DNA of 64,000 bases from Bacillales bacterium (GCA_016282375.1 JAEEKI010000016.1:39219-103218); one strand, 5' to 3'; positions 18,459 through 28,268 are shown, numbered from the stretch's first letter. The notes: generated from the letters alone by a model not told the origin. Numbers and translations are program-made.

Positions 18459-19607
18459 TTATTTTTCAATGTATCCACTTATAGCGGACGTATACATATC
18501 ATCAGTTATTGTTTGATATCTCTCCCCATGATAATCGTCTGTAAACCCATTATAGGCTTTATAGATGTCCCCTGTTTCTGTATCATATACTCTTTCATAT
18601 CCTAAAGTTGCATCACTTTGTTTTTGACTAATAATATCATAAGAATTATTTCTTTTTTCCCATGAATCCATTATCATATCTGACATTTGATCATAAATTT
18701 TTTGATTAGCTTGGATAGTAGAAAGAATACTTGATTCTTCTTTATTAAACGCATTAACAAATGTATCACTAAACTCTAAAGTAGCAATACAATTGTCTAA
18801 AATACTTTGCCAGTTTACAAATTCAGCATCAAGTGCTGTCATTAAAATTGTATTATAAACGATAAGTGGCCAAACATCAATCTTATCACTAAAGATGTTA
18901 AAAGGATTACTATTAACATAATAAGGTCCTATATCTTTAACACTAGCCGTAAATAAACCTTGCATTAATTCACCATTGCTGTTTTTAAAAGTGGCTCTTA
19001 AGATGTCACCTCCAACATATGTATTTGTTCCTAAATTTTCAATAATCGTAAACTCATTCATCGTAGATAAATAATTATAGCCAACGTCATTGGCATTAAC
19101 ATACTCTGCAGTTTCATTCCATGCATTGTAGAATCCTTCGGTGGTGTGTGGATCAATAACAGGTAATTTAGCAAATACAGCATCTGGATAATAAGTTTGT
19201 TGCCAATTTTTCGCAGCTTGTGATTTATTAAATCCCTCTAGTTTCATCATGAAAGTTACCATATAATTAGGATTTTCTGGATTATATACTTTAAAAGAAT
19301 AATGGATATAATCTAAAGCCGGAACATCGACTTTCCAACCCTTGGGTATTTTCATTGATATTAAACCATTACTATAATCTTCGTATTCAATAGTTTTAGT
19401 AATGCTTTTTGAAATCTTGACTTTACCATTTTGAGTTACAATAGTTTTATTGCCACTTTTCAAAGAGGTATTCTCCCCCATTACCATGGCAATGACAATA
19501 ATTACTAAAACGGCAGCCACTATGCTCACTATCGTTTTTTTATTCATATTGATTTTTGGTTTTTTTTCAATCTTCTTTTCTTCTTTTGCTTCAACTTTAT
19601 TCTTCAT
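18459..19607 (-). CDS. membrane-anchored extracytoplasmic hypothetical protein
   Basis: Lys-rich N-terminus and a single TM segment (IVSIVAAVLVIIVIAMVM), followed by a ~330-aa ectodomain. No family recognised. Confidence 0.6.
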   Translation of the reverse strand: MKNKVEAKEEKKIEKKPKINMNKKTIVSIVAAVLVIIVIAMVMGENTSLKSGNKTIVTQNGKVKISKSITKTIEYEDYSNGLISMKIPKGWKVDVPALDYIHYSFKVYNPENPNYMVTFMMKLEGFNKSQAAKNWQQTYYPDAVFAKLPVIDPHTTEGFYNAWNETAEYVNANDVGYNYLSTMNEFTIIENLGTNTYVGGDILRATFKNSNGELMQGLFTASVKDIGPYYVNSNPFNIFSDKIDVWPLIVYNTILMTALDAEFVNWQSILDNCIATLEFSDTFVNAFNKEESSILSTIQANQKIYDQMSDMIMDSWEKRNNSYDIISQKQSDATLGYERVYDTETGDIYKAYNGFTDDYHGERYQTITDDMYTSAISGYIEK

Positions 19608-19618
19608 TTTTATACCTC

Positions 19619-20788
19619 CTAATCGATTGTAAATTCAGCGTATATATAGAACATAAGTGCTTCTTCATCAACACTGTCTATTCTTCGTAGAATAATATCT
19701 ACTAGTCTATACTTACCTGGTTTTAATTCACCATAGTCATCAACCCAGTTAATACTTGCTTCTTGTTTATCATTACCAAGTAAGATAGATGAATAATGGA
19801 GGTTTTGTACTGACAATCCTGTAACAGTAGGTAGTTCACTCCAAGAACCATCTTTTTCAGTTTCTATAGATACAGTTTCATAAAGATATTCCCTATGACT
19901 AGAATTTTCTAATATAAGAGTTGCTCCCTTATTAGTTATTGTGTTGTCTTTGAAACTAATAGACAAATTAGCATCAGGTGGTTCAGGATTCAATTCACAA
20001 TTATATACTTTCCAATATTGAAAGAAATTACGTGGCCCTGTATCACGAATATTATATTTTTTTTGATAATCACATTTTGTTATGTCTATAACCAAAAATT
20101 TAGCAACTATAGCATCTATTCCATCTTCAGATAATTCACCATTTTCATACATTTCTATCAGTATTGGAACAACTTGAGTACCTAAACCAACGATATTATC
20201 GTAATATGAGTTGTTAATATAATCATATGTACTTGAGGAAGAAGCGTTTTCTTCCAAGATTTTGTCAAGATTAGTTTGGATAAGACTTTTTATTTCTTCT
20301 TCCGGAATGTACTCTTTAACATATCCACAAACATTTTCAAAAGAACATGTAGATAGTCTTAACTTTGGATGCTTTTTATTACCACAGTGATAAGTTTCAA
20401 TAATGATTCCCGCTTTACTACCACAATTTGTTTTCCATCCTATTATAGGGTCATTATTAAGTAATATAGCTTGTCCAGTATCAATACCAATAACTATAAC
20501 TGCGAGTATTATAATAATAAATATACATTTGATAATTCTTTTGAAAAAACTCTTTTTCTTAACTGGTCCATCGCCATTAACTTTTTTATCAATCATTTGC
20601 TTCTTAGTATTTTCGCTTTCTTCAATAATAAAAGGTGTATCCGAAGATTCACTAGTATTATCTTGGATTTCCGCTAAAACTATTGATGAATCAAGTATAT
20701 TCTTCTTGTTTTTTTCACTTTCATTATTCATAAAATAACCCGACTCCTTTTTATAACCATCTTTTGTCTTTAAGATGATATTATTCAT
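19619..20788 (-). CDS. membrane-anchored hypothetical protein with Cys-containing ectodomain and C-terminal beta-sandwich-like region
   Basis: ~85-aa cytoplasmic N-terminus, TM segment (CIFIIIILAVIVIGI), then an ectodomain. The start could instead be the internal Met 20. Confidence 0.55.
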   Translation of the reverse strand: MNNIILKTKDGYKKESGYFMNNESEKNKKNILDSSIVLAEIQDNTSESSDTPFIIEESENTKKQMIDKKVNGDGPVKKKSFFKRIIKCIFIIIILAVIVIGIDTGQAILLNNDPIIGWKTNCGSKAGIIIETYHCGNKKHPKLRLSTCSFENVCGYVKEYIPEEEIKSLIQTNLDKILEENASSSSTYDYINNSYYDNIVGLGTQVVPILIEMYENGELSEDGIDAIVAKFLVIDITKCDYQKKYNIRDTGPRNFFQYWKVYNCELNPEPPDANLSISFKDNTITNKGATLILENSSHREYLYETVSIETEKDGSWSELPTVTGLSVQNLHYSSILLGNDKQEASINWVDDYGELKPGKYRLVDIILRRIDSVDEEALMFYIYAEFTID

Positions 20789-20823
20789 ATGATATATTAT
20801 ATCATGATTTTAATAATGTCACA

Positions 20824-21276
20824 TTATCTTTTTTTATAGATAATCAATTCAGGATTAATACCATTTTCCCCATATTCACTAACTAATAAAAAGGACATAT
20901 TAGCAAGGATGCCAAAACATCTTTTAACATCGCCATCATTAAATAAGCACTCTACTTGATTACCAAGATATGCTTCATTATCCTTTAATAGTTTAGTTTT
21001 GAAACCATTAGGTAATGGATATTCCAAATTAACAAATTCGCCATGTAACGGATATAATTCTTTAATCTCTGGCATGCCTTCGATATGTAAAGCATTAAAT
21101 TCTTCAATCAACTCTTTTTTCAGAGCCTTAAAACTATCTTTTCCCCCTACTTCAATGTATTTAGCTATCCAACATTTTTTTCCAAATGGACAACCATTAG
21201 TGTTCGGACATCCTTGACACTTTTTACTTTTTAAAAATTCACATTCATCACAATTAGCTCCACATATAGCTTTCAT
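20824..21276 (-). CDS. DUF3795-like Cys-rich protein
   Basis: The N-terminal CGANCDECEFLKSKKCQGCPNTNGCPFGKKC pattern is characteristic of DUF3795 proteins. Confidence 0.65.
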   Translation of the reverse strand: MKAICGANCDECEFLKSKKCQGCPNTNGCPFGKKCWIAKYIEVGGKDSFKALKKELIEEFNALHIEGMPEIKELYPLHGEFVNLEYPLPNGFKTKLLKDNEAYLGNQVECLFNDGDVKRCFGILANMSFLLVSEYGENGINPELIIYKKR

Positions 21277-21355
21277 AAAATTACCTCCATATATTTAATA
21301 CTGCAAATAAAGGGAAAAGACAAGCATTGAAAAAAAAGCATTTTTGTGCTGCCTT

Positions 21356-22036
21356 TTATTTAATCTTAAGACTTTTTAAATAATTCTTTTGTTCCTCAGT
21401 AATTCGATAACTCTCCACTGCCTTTTGAATCGTTTTGTTATGAACCCAATATTCTAATTTTTTATTCTCTAGGTATGGCAATGTAGATGAATACTGTTTA
21501 GCTAAAGCCGTAGCAAAATACCAAGCTATCATCATATTTACATAATATTCTGAAGATTTAATATTAGAAACTGTTTCTAAATACTCTGGTTTAAAATAAT
21601 CATCTAAATAATATTGCATTAGAGCACATATACCAAAACGAATGGTATATGTTTTCTTCGATTTAATCCATTTATGAATTTCTTTTAATAAATCATCTAG
21701 ATGTTTTTTAAATACTTTTGGTGACATTTGATCACACGTTGCCCAATTATCCACAAATGGTAAAAATTTATTAATATATTCTATACATACATCATAATCT
21801 TTTAATTCGGAAATAATAAAAGCATGTAATTGGTTTTCATCAAAATACTTGTGAGGTAAATCATCTAAAAATGAAATATAGTTACTTTCTTTGACTATTT
21901 TTTTAGCATAACTTCTTAATTCTGGAGTCCGAACCCCAATAATTGAATCGGGATTAATATTAGGAATTAGTTTAATTTGAAAATCACGATACTTAGTGTC
22001 TTGTAATTTAAATAATTCTTCTTGGATATTACTCAT
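21356..22036 (-). CDS. DNA alkylation repair protein (AlkD/AlkC-like HEAT-repeat family)
   Basis: 226 aa. The motifs GVRTPELRSYAKKI, YVNMMIAWYFATALAKQ and HNKTIQKAVESYRI resemble the DNA_alkylation family. Confidence 0.65.
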   Translation of the reverse strand: MSNIQEELFKLQDTKYRDFQIKLIPNINPDSIIGVRTPELRSYAKKIVKESNYISFLDDLPHKYFDENQLHAFIISELKDYDVCIEYINKFLPFVDNWATCDQMSPKVFKKHLDDLLKEIHKWIKSKKTYTIRFGICALMQYYLDDYFKPEYLETVSNIKSSEYYVNMMIAWYFATALAKQYSSTLPYLENKKLEYWVHNKTIQKAVESYRITEEQKNYLKSLKIK

Positions 22037-22721
22037 TTTTATCTCCTTCGATTACTTTAACAAAATATCTAGCAATAAATAAATCATCATACGTTGTTAT
22101 TTTTATATTTGTATAATCTCCTTCGATAACTTTTATCTTATAATGATCTTTTTCAAGCAATTCACAATCATCAGTTACTATTTCATTTTGATATTTTTCA
22201 TGCATTTTTAACAGTATTTCTTTTTTAAAACATTGAGGTGTTTGGATATTCCATGTTACATCTCTTATAGGAGTATTAACTACTAAATTATTATCATCTA
22301 ATATTTTGATGGTATCTTTAGATTTTACTCCCATAGTTACACCATCATAATCATGAATATTTTTAAGACATTCATCAATATATTTTTGTTTAATAAGGGG
22401 TCTTGCTCCATCATGAATGATTACGATATCAGCATTAGTTAATCTAAGACAATTGTATACTGATTCTCTTCGGGAATTACCACCATATACTAATTGAATA
22501 CTTTTATTAAAATGTTCATTATCAATAATACTTTTAATACTATTAAAATCCTCTTTTCTAATAGCAACTATGATATTATCAATATTTTTATTTTGATCAA
22601 AGGCATGTAAACTATATGCTAAAATTGGTTTCTTATTTATAAGAGATAAGTTTTTATTTCTTTTTGTACCAAATCTAGTACTATTACCCGCAGCTAAGAT
22701 AATTGCTATTACTTTATTCAT
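22029..22721 (-). CDS. IspD/TarI-family cytidylyltransferase
   Basis: The N-terminal AIILAAGNSTRFG nucleotide-binding motif and the 230-aa length fit this family. The substrate (MEP or ribitol-5-P) is not resolvable. Confidence 0.75.
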   Translation of the reverse strand: MNKVIAIILAAGNSTRFGTKRNKNLSLINKKPILAYSLHAFDQNKNIDNIIVAIRKEDFNSIKSIIDNEHFNKSIQLVYGGNSRRESVYNCLRLTNADIVIIHDGARPLIKQKYIDECLKNIHDYDGVTMGVKSKDTIKILDDNNLVVNTPIRDVTWNIQTPQCFKKEILLKMHEKYQNEIVTDDCELLEKDHYKIKVIEGDYTNIKITTYDDLFIARYFVKVIEGDKNE

Positions 22722-23295
22722 TTTTCTTCACTAATTTTCGTTGATAAGGAACTTCACGATTTAATTCAACTTCATTTTCATCAATATTTGTTGGTTTATA
22801 AAAATTTAATTCTAGCATATTAGCTAGATAAATATAAGAATGTTTAATCATCATTCCAAAACGCGTTTGCTCTAAACTATAATCTACTTCTTTAAAATTC
22901 ATTTCGGGGTATTGACCTATTCCAACGGTACCAAGTGATTTTTTTAATGGTTTATCCTTTGCTTCAACATTTTCTAAATCAAGTGGTTGTAATATTAAAG
23001 AAAACAGTTGTCTTTCAACACCGTTAATATTTTGTATTTTAATCATATATAAATCATGACACATATAATAAAAACGATAATAAATGCTTGGATCTACATC
23101 ACTAGGAATATTAAAGAAATCATAATCTCTTTCTTGAGAAAAAGAATTGTTCTCTATCTGTTCATTATATGTTTGAATATTTTCTATAAATTGTTCAGGT
23201 AATTCCTTAATAAAACCATTAATTTTATTTCGATAAACATTTTTAACTCTTAAAATATACCATAATGATGAATCATACTTATTTCCAAATACCAT
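22714..23295 (-). CDS. hypothetical protein
   Basis: 193-aa ORF overlapping the next gene by 8 nt. No family recognised. Confidence 0.5.
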   Translation of the reverse strand: MVFGNKYDSSLWYILRVKNVYRNKINGFIKELPEQFIENIQTYNEQIENNSFSQERDYDFFNIPSDVDPSIYYRFYYMCHDLYMIKIQNINGVERQLFSLILQPLDLENVEAKDKPLKKSLGTVGIGQYPEMNFKEVDYSLEQTRFGMMIKHSYIYLANMLELNFYKPTNIDENEVELNREVPYQRKLVKKNE

Positions 23296-23355
23296 AAACC
23301 CTCCACTAAATAATTATTCTAAAATAATATTATCATTTTCTTATGATAAAGTATA

Positions 23356-23718
23356 TTATTTTACACGTTTTTTTATATAATCTAAATCCTCGATAATCCC
23401 ATAATCTTTTAGAAAATTTATTGTTTCTTCGGTAATAAAACTTTTGACATTAAAATACATTTCTTTAATAAATGCTTTTTGATTTTCAGAAAGCATTGGC
23501 CAATTAGCTTGAATTGTATACCCATGACTTAAAAAGGAACTGAAACCGATTCTACACCAACCAAAGTCAATTAACATATCATCACAAACTAGTGCTTTCA
23601 TACCCTCGGTATTAATATTATAAAAATCTTTTAACAACTTAATTGCTAGTTCTCCATGACCATACCTATTACAAGGAAAGTGGGTACCATCATGTGCTAG
23701 CCAACCTATATAGTCCAT
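23356..23718 (-). CDS. hypothetical protein
   Basis: 120-aa ORF, 2 nt downstream of the acetyltransferase gene. No family recognised. Confidence 0.5.
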   Translation of the reverse strand: MDYIGWLAHDGTHFPCNRYGHGELAIKLLKDFYNINTEGMKALVCDDMLIDFGWCRIGFSSFLSHGYTIQANWPMLSENQKAFIKEMYFNVKSFITEETINFLKDYGIIEDLDYIKKRVK

Positions 23719-23720
23719 TT

Positions 23721-24155
23721 TTAAATATCTTTCTTAAAACAAATAATGCGATTGACTTCTTGAAATCCCATTCCTTCATGAAAATGTAAACTCTCAATAT
23801 TAGCAAGTTCGCAATCACTAGCAAATTCGGTGCAGCCCTTTTCTTTAGCCCATTTTTCACATTCTTTTAAGAGGTTCTTTCCATAACCATTATTACGATA
23901 TTCTTTAAGAACAAAAATACCTTCGAGATATCCAACCGGCGAAGTATTAGTACCCTCGACATAATCATGTCTTAACTGGCACTCTGCAAAAGCAATTGGC
24001 TTATCATCAAGATATTGGATAAAGCAAACTGCTTCTTCATTTTTGATTAAACCCAAAAATTCATTTTTTAACTCATTATAGTCATTATCAGGCCATAGTT
24101 GCAATGCTAAAGTGCCAAGGATATCAATATCTTTTACATTAACTTTTTTAATCAT
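23721..24155 (-). CDS. aac(6'): GNAT acetyltransferase, aminoglycoside 6'-N-acetyltransferase AAC(6')-I-like
   Basis: QLWP, LRHDYVEGTNTSPVGYLEGIFVLKEYRNNGYGKNLL, KGCTEFASD and GFQEVNRIICFKK closely parallel AAC(6')-Iy/-Ic type enzymes. 144 aa. Confidence 0.75.
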   Translation of the reverse strand: MIKKVNVKDIDILGTLALQLWPDNDYNELKNEFLGLIKNEEAVCFIQYLDDKPIAFAECQLRHDYVEGTNTSPVGYLEGIFVLKEYRNNGYGKNLLKECEKWAKEKGCTEFASDCELANIESLHFHEGMGFQEVNRIICFKKDI

Positions 24156-24157
24156 AT

Positions 24158-24871
24158 CTACTTACCACACAATCGATCTTTACAATTATGACATTGTAAC
24201 GCACTATTGGTTTTTTCTAAAAATCTTTCAGGATGAATAGCACAACTTACTTCCCAAACAGTTAAAACGATTAAAGCCATAAGTATTAAACTATAAGTCC
24301 ATATTCCAGGAATAAAAATTAATGGCGTAAACATCATGGCATGGTCCCAATTAAATATACGACAAGTTGTACAACATTTATTATGCATATAGAAAGTTTT
24401 AAATGGACACCAACCAACAACACAAATGATGTCACAAACATAAAAGGCAGCAGAACATAAGATAACAACCTGATAGGAAATAACATCTGTTAAATATAAA
24501 CATCCAATAAGAGCAATAACTAAGATCCAAGTAATGGCTACAGCCACTATATCTTTATTCAAAGTTTGCATATACTTTTTAATTATTTTATTGTCAATTT
24601 CTTTAATGCTTGGTAAATATCGATGACCCCAATATTTTTGAGATCCTAATGGCCAATAATCAGGTACCTTACATAATTGAAGTATCATATCTATCATCCA
24701 TATTAACCATATAATATGTAATGGTGAAAACATTCTAAAAAAATTAAAGCCTTTTGTGACTCTATAAGTATCTGGATAAAAAACGTATATAGCAATCATA
24801 ATTATAAAAACGATGATGCGAAATATTAAACGATTGATATAATCTTTACGAAACTTTGATTTTCTTTTCAT
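24158..24871 (-). CDS. Cys-rich polytopic membrane protein, hypothetical
   Basis: About 5 TM segments, with the motifs CCTTCRIFNWDH and CHNCKDRLCGK. No family recognised. Confidence 0.55.
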   Translation of the reverse strand: MKRKSKFRKDYINRLIFRIIVFIIMIAIYVFYPDTYRVTKGFNFFRMFSPLHIIWLIWMIDMILQLCKVPDYWPLGSQKYWGHRYLPSIKEIDNKIIKKYMQTLNKDIVAVAITWILVIALIGCLYLTDVISYQVVILCSAAFYVCDIICVVGWCPFKTFYMHNKCCTTCRIFNWDHAMMFTPLIFIPGIWTYSLILMALIVLTVWEVSCAIHPERFLEKTNSALQCHNCKDRLCGK

Positions 24872-24910
24872 GCTTACTACCTTTCAAGTCTATTAACACT
24901 TACACTTGTA

Positions 24911-24946
24911 ATTATAACATATAAAAAGCAGATTTTTCATCTGCTT
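24911..24946 (-). promoter_or_regulatory. terminator plus extended -10 promoter module (copy 1)
   Basis: On the minus strand, AAGCAGAT-loop-ATCTGCTT with a T-run, followed directly by TGTTATAAT. It is a near-duplicate of 26558-26592. Confidence 0.55.
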
Positions 24947-25052
24947 AATAATTTAATCTAATTGTTCTTGTAATTCAGCAACTTTTAATTGTAGTTCTTC
25001 ATTTTGATCTTCGAGCTCATCGATTCTTTTCTCATAATATCTTCTTAATTCG

Positions 25053-26462
25053 TCATTGCTTTTTTATTCTTTCTAGATGAATAGACCAGTTATTTTTTAA
25101 CTTATCTATGTTTTCTTGCGTTGTATACACAGTAATTTTCTCAATTTCATTGCTTATGAGTACAATTTTCTTATCATTAGCCAATTTGATAACTTCTCTA
25201 ACTATCTTCGTTGGATTTTCACAATTTACCCAAGCTATTAAGTTATTATCGTCATAAGAATCTTCTAACTTACAATATTTACTGATTGAATAATCTATTT
25301 TTACGTTACTATTATCTGAACTTACATATTCAATTTCATAACCACTATGTAAATCTAATAATAAATCATCTTTCATTTCATATTCCTTAGTTACTGTCTT
25401 TAAGTAAGAATCATTGTCTTCGATGACATTAAAGGAAACGGCCCCAGTGGTAATTAGTCCACAGCCAATTCCAAAAGTGATTAATGAAATTATTCCACTC
25501 CATATCATCTTTTTCTTATCGCTTTTTCTATTGAAGACAAAGTTTAATATTGATAACAAAAGAATTATTGCAATTACTGATGAAGATAGAATTGTTACTA
25601 ATAACCCTATAAAGAAAACTCCTGTACTACGAAGCATAAAAGTAATAACAAAGGCTGCGAATAAGCCAATTAGTGCAACAGCTATTAATAAACCAAACCA
25701 TAATGAGAATAGTTTTATTATACCGATAATACATTTAAATAAGAAATGGATAAATTTATATTCACTATCTTTAGGATCTCTTATAATAATTTTATTATCG
25801 TTCTTTTTAAGTTGAATTTTTTCATTATCATTATCTACATTATTAATTGGCGTTTCTTTATTTTTAGAATCATTAGACACAGTATCTAAACTATTATCTT
25901 CTTTTATTTTTTCATAATAATCTAAATATCTTGTTTTAAATATATGTGCAATAACTATAATAGAAACTATTAGTAATGCTATTATGATAATAGCCTCAAA
26001 AAAGTTAGTAACAACGAAATATGCTCTATCAGGTAAGAATCCAAATATTTTTCCAAATAAACTTTCAAAAATCAAAAATATAAACATAGCTATTAAATAT
26101 AATAAACCTGCAATAACAAATTGTTCAAATAAGCATTTAATTTTACTTTTAAAATTCATATTACTAAATAAATTAATGGTGTTTGTAATATATTTTAAAA
26201 AGTCATCTACAATACTGTTTATTTTCTTCTTACTCTCTTCCTCCCCTTTAACTTCTTTTATATCTTTATGTAATAAATCATCAATATTTAAATTAAATAT
26301 ATTACATAAAGCAATTATTTTATCCATTTCTGGATAGGCGACAGCTGATTCCCATTTTGAAATAGCTTGTCTTGATACACCAAGTTCATCAGCAAGTTGT
26401 TCTTGTGAAAGGTTATTCTCCTTTCTAATCTTTTTTAAATTTTCAGCAAATTGATTATTCAT
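25053..26462 (-). CDS. membrane-tethered XRE-family HTH regulator (HTH + about 6 TM + extracytoplasmic C-domain)
   Basis: The N-terminal LSQEQLADELGVSRQAISKWES is an HTH_3/XRE motif, followed by several hydrophobic segments. AAGGAG Shine-Dalgarno upstream. Confidence 0.75.
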   Translation of the reverse strand: MNNQFAENLKKIRKENNLSQEQLADELGVSRQAISKWESAVAYPEMDKIIALCNIFNLNIDDLLHKDIKEVKGEEESKKKINSIVDDFLKYITNTINLFSNMNFKSKIKCLFEQFVIAGLLYLIAMFIFLIFESLFGKIFGFLPDRAYFVVTNFFEAIIIIALLIVSIIVIAHIFKTRYLDYYEKIKEDNSLDTVSNDSKNKETPINNVDNDNEKIQLKKNDNKIIIRDPKDSEYKFIHFLFKCIIGIIKLFSLWFGLLIAVALIGLFAAFVITFMLRSTGVFFIGLLVTILSSSVIAIILLLSILNFVFNRKSDKKKMIWSGIISLITFGIGCGLITTGAVSFNVIEDNDSYLKTVTKEYEMKDDLLLDLHSGYEIEYVSSDNSNVKIDYSISKYCKLEDSYDDNNLIAWVNCENPTKIVREVIKLANDKKIVLISNEIEKITVYTTQENIDKLKNNWSIHLERIKKQ

Positions 26463-26557
26463 ATTTTTCTCCTTTTTCTACAAACATTGTATGATTTCTA
26501 CTGGTTGCGTTCTACCATCTTTAGGTTGTTTTTTGTAGAAAGTTGGTTGCATTTACT

Positions 26558-26592
26558 ATTATAACATAAAAAAAGCAGATTATTTATCTGCT
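26558..26592 (-). promoter_or_regulatory. terminator plus extended -10 promoter module (copy 2)
   Basis: On the minus strand, AGCAGAT-loop-ATCTGCT with a T-run, followed directly by TGTTATAAT. It lies 2 nt after the stop of the upstream XRE gene. Confidence 0.55.
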
Positions 26593-26594
26593 AA

Positions 26595-27188
26595 TTATTT
26601 ATCTTTTACTGGTATAGGTTCTGTTCTAGTGCAAGTACCACCATTATTTTTAACATAAGCATCAATAACATCTAATGCTTGATAGGCATCACTATAATTT
26701 TCAATACCAGTTATATTAACTAAATAACCATCGCCGCCAGCTTCTTTAATTTCTCCAGTTGTTTCATAATAATTGAATTCATATCCATATGTTTCATCAT
26801 GAAGATTACATTTAATAGAAACATTCATTAATCTTCCTGAATTATGTTCATGAATATTCTTAAAAATAATGCGTAAAGAAACTAGGAGAACCGGTGCAAC
26901 TATTATAAAGACGACCATAAATTTAATTAGTTTTAAGATTAAACCCGCTAGTTTTTCTGTATTAGAAGTTTTTTCCACTAAAACATCCTTAATATCATTA
27001 TCAGTTAATTCATCTAAGCTTACATTAAATATGCTAGATAATTCTTTTGCTTGTTTCAAATCTGGTGATGTTTCGCCTAACTCCCATTTGGAGATAGTTT
27101 GTCTTGCAACACCTATTTTTTCTGCAAGTTCTTCTTGAGAAAAACCATTCTTCTTTCTTAAATCCATAATCTTTTTTCCAATTTCCAT
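26595..27188 (-). CDS. membrane-tethered XRE-family HTH regulator (HTH + 1 TM + small ectodomain)
   Basis: FSQEELAEKIGVARQTISKWELGE is the HTH motif; TM segment LILKLIKFMVVFIIVAPVLLV. I place the start at MEIGKK (27188), 6 nt after GAAGGG, rather than at the track's 27212. Confidence 0.72.
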   Translation of the reverse strand: MEIGKKIMDLRKKNGFSQEELAEKIGVARQTISKWELGETSPDLKQAKELSSIFNVSLDELTDNDIKDVLVEKTSNTEKLAGLILKLIKFMVVFIIVAPVLLVSLRIIFKNIHEHNSGRLMNVSIKCNLHDETYGYEFNYYETTGEIKEAGGDGYLVNITGIENYSDAYQALDVIDAYVKNNGGTCTRTEPIPVKDK

Positions 27189-27338
27189 AATTATCCCTTC
27201 TTTCAAATACAATCATATAAAAATTGAATATTATTCTCTACCAATTTTAACTGGAAAAATCGCCCGTTTTGATAACATTTAATAATATATAACTTATTTT
27301 ACCACAAAAAAACGGATTTTTATCCGTCTTATATTTAT

Positions 27339-28217
27339 TTAATAATGATGGTGTTCTACACTTTTAAAATGAACATGACAATCTTTTTCATCACACACTT
27401 CATCTTCGGTTTCCAATATTGCATGACAGATATTATGTTCTTCTAGTTCTTCTCTAATCTCCTTTTTAATTTTATTTACATCCTTAGATTTAGATACTAT
27501 ATGCATCGTAGCATAATTATTATATCCATCTATACTCCAAACATGAATGTGATGAATATCATCTACGCCTTGAATTTTTAATAAGTGTTCTTTTAATTGT
27601 TCAATATCTATATCATCAGGTGTTTTTTCTAAAAATAAGTCTAATACTTTTTTAATATTCTTCAGAGAATTAATTAATATAAAGATTGCAACGCCAATAC
27701 TCATAATAGAATCTAAAATCTTAATATCCGTAAAGTTCATTACAATAGCCCCGATTAACACAACTATCCAACCAAATACATCTTCAAGCATATGTAAATT
27801 AACTGCTTTTTGATTAATAGAATCCCCTTCTCTAGTAACATAAGCCGCAATAAAATTCAATATAACACCTATAACAGCAAAGACAATCATACCGCTATAA
27901 TTTACTTCAACTGGGTTAATAATTCTTTTTATAGCTCCTATTATTACTAATATCGATCCTACTAATAAAATAGTAGTGGTAATTACTCCTCCTAATACAG
28001 AATATCTAATATATCCATAGGTATATTTATTATCTGCATGCTTTTTGCTTTTCTTTTCCATAAAGTATGATATCCCTATTGATATAGCATCACCTAAATC
28101 GTGTATGGAATCAGACAATATTGAGATTGAATTAGTAAAAAAACCACCAAAGAACTCAAATATAGAAAATGTAATATTTAAAATGAAAGCAATTAATATG
28201 TTTTTTTCTGTTTTCAT
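27339..28217 (-). CDS. czcD: cation diffusion facilitator (Zn/Co/Cd efflux) transporter
   Basis: Six TM segments with the HDLGDA and HMLEDVFGW metal-site motifs, a cytoplasmic C-domain and a His-rich tail (VEHHHY). Confidence 0.85.
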   Translation of the reverse strand: MKTEKNILIAFILNITFSIFEFFGGFFTNSISILSDSIHDLGDAISIGISYFMEKKSKKHADNKYTYGYIRYSVLGGVITTTILLVGSILVIIGAIKRIINPVEVNYSGMIVFAVIGVILNFIAAYVTREGDSINQKAVNLHMLEDVFGWIVVLIGAIVMNFTDIKILDSIMSIGVAIFILINSLKNIKKVLDLFLEKTPDDIDIEQLKEHLLKIQGVDDIHHIHVWSIDGYNNYATMHIVSKSKDVNKIKKEIREELEEHNICHAILETEDEVCDEKDCHVHFKSVEHHHY

Positions 28218-28268
28218 CTATGACACCTCTTTTATTATTATAACACCACTATACATTTTCCCATAACC

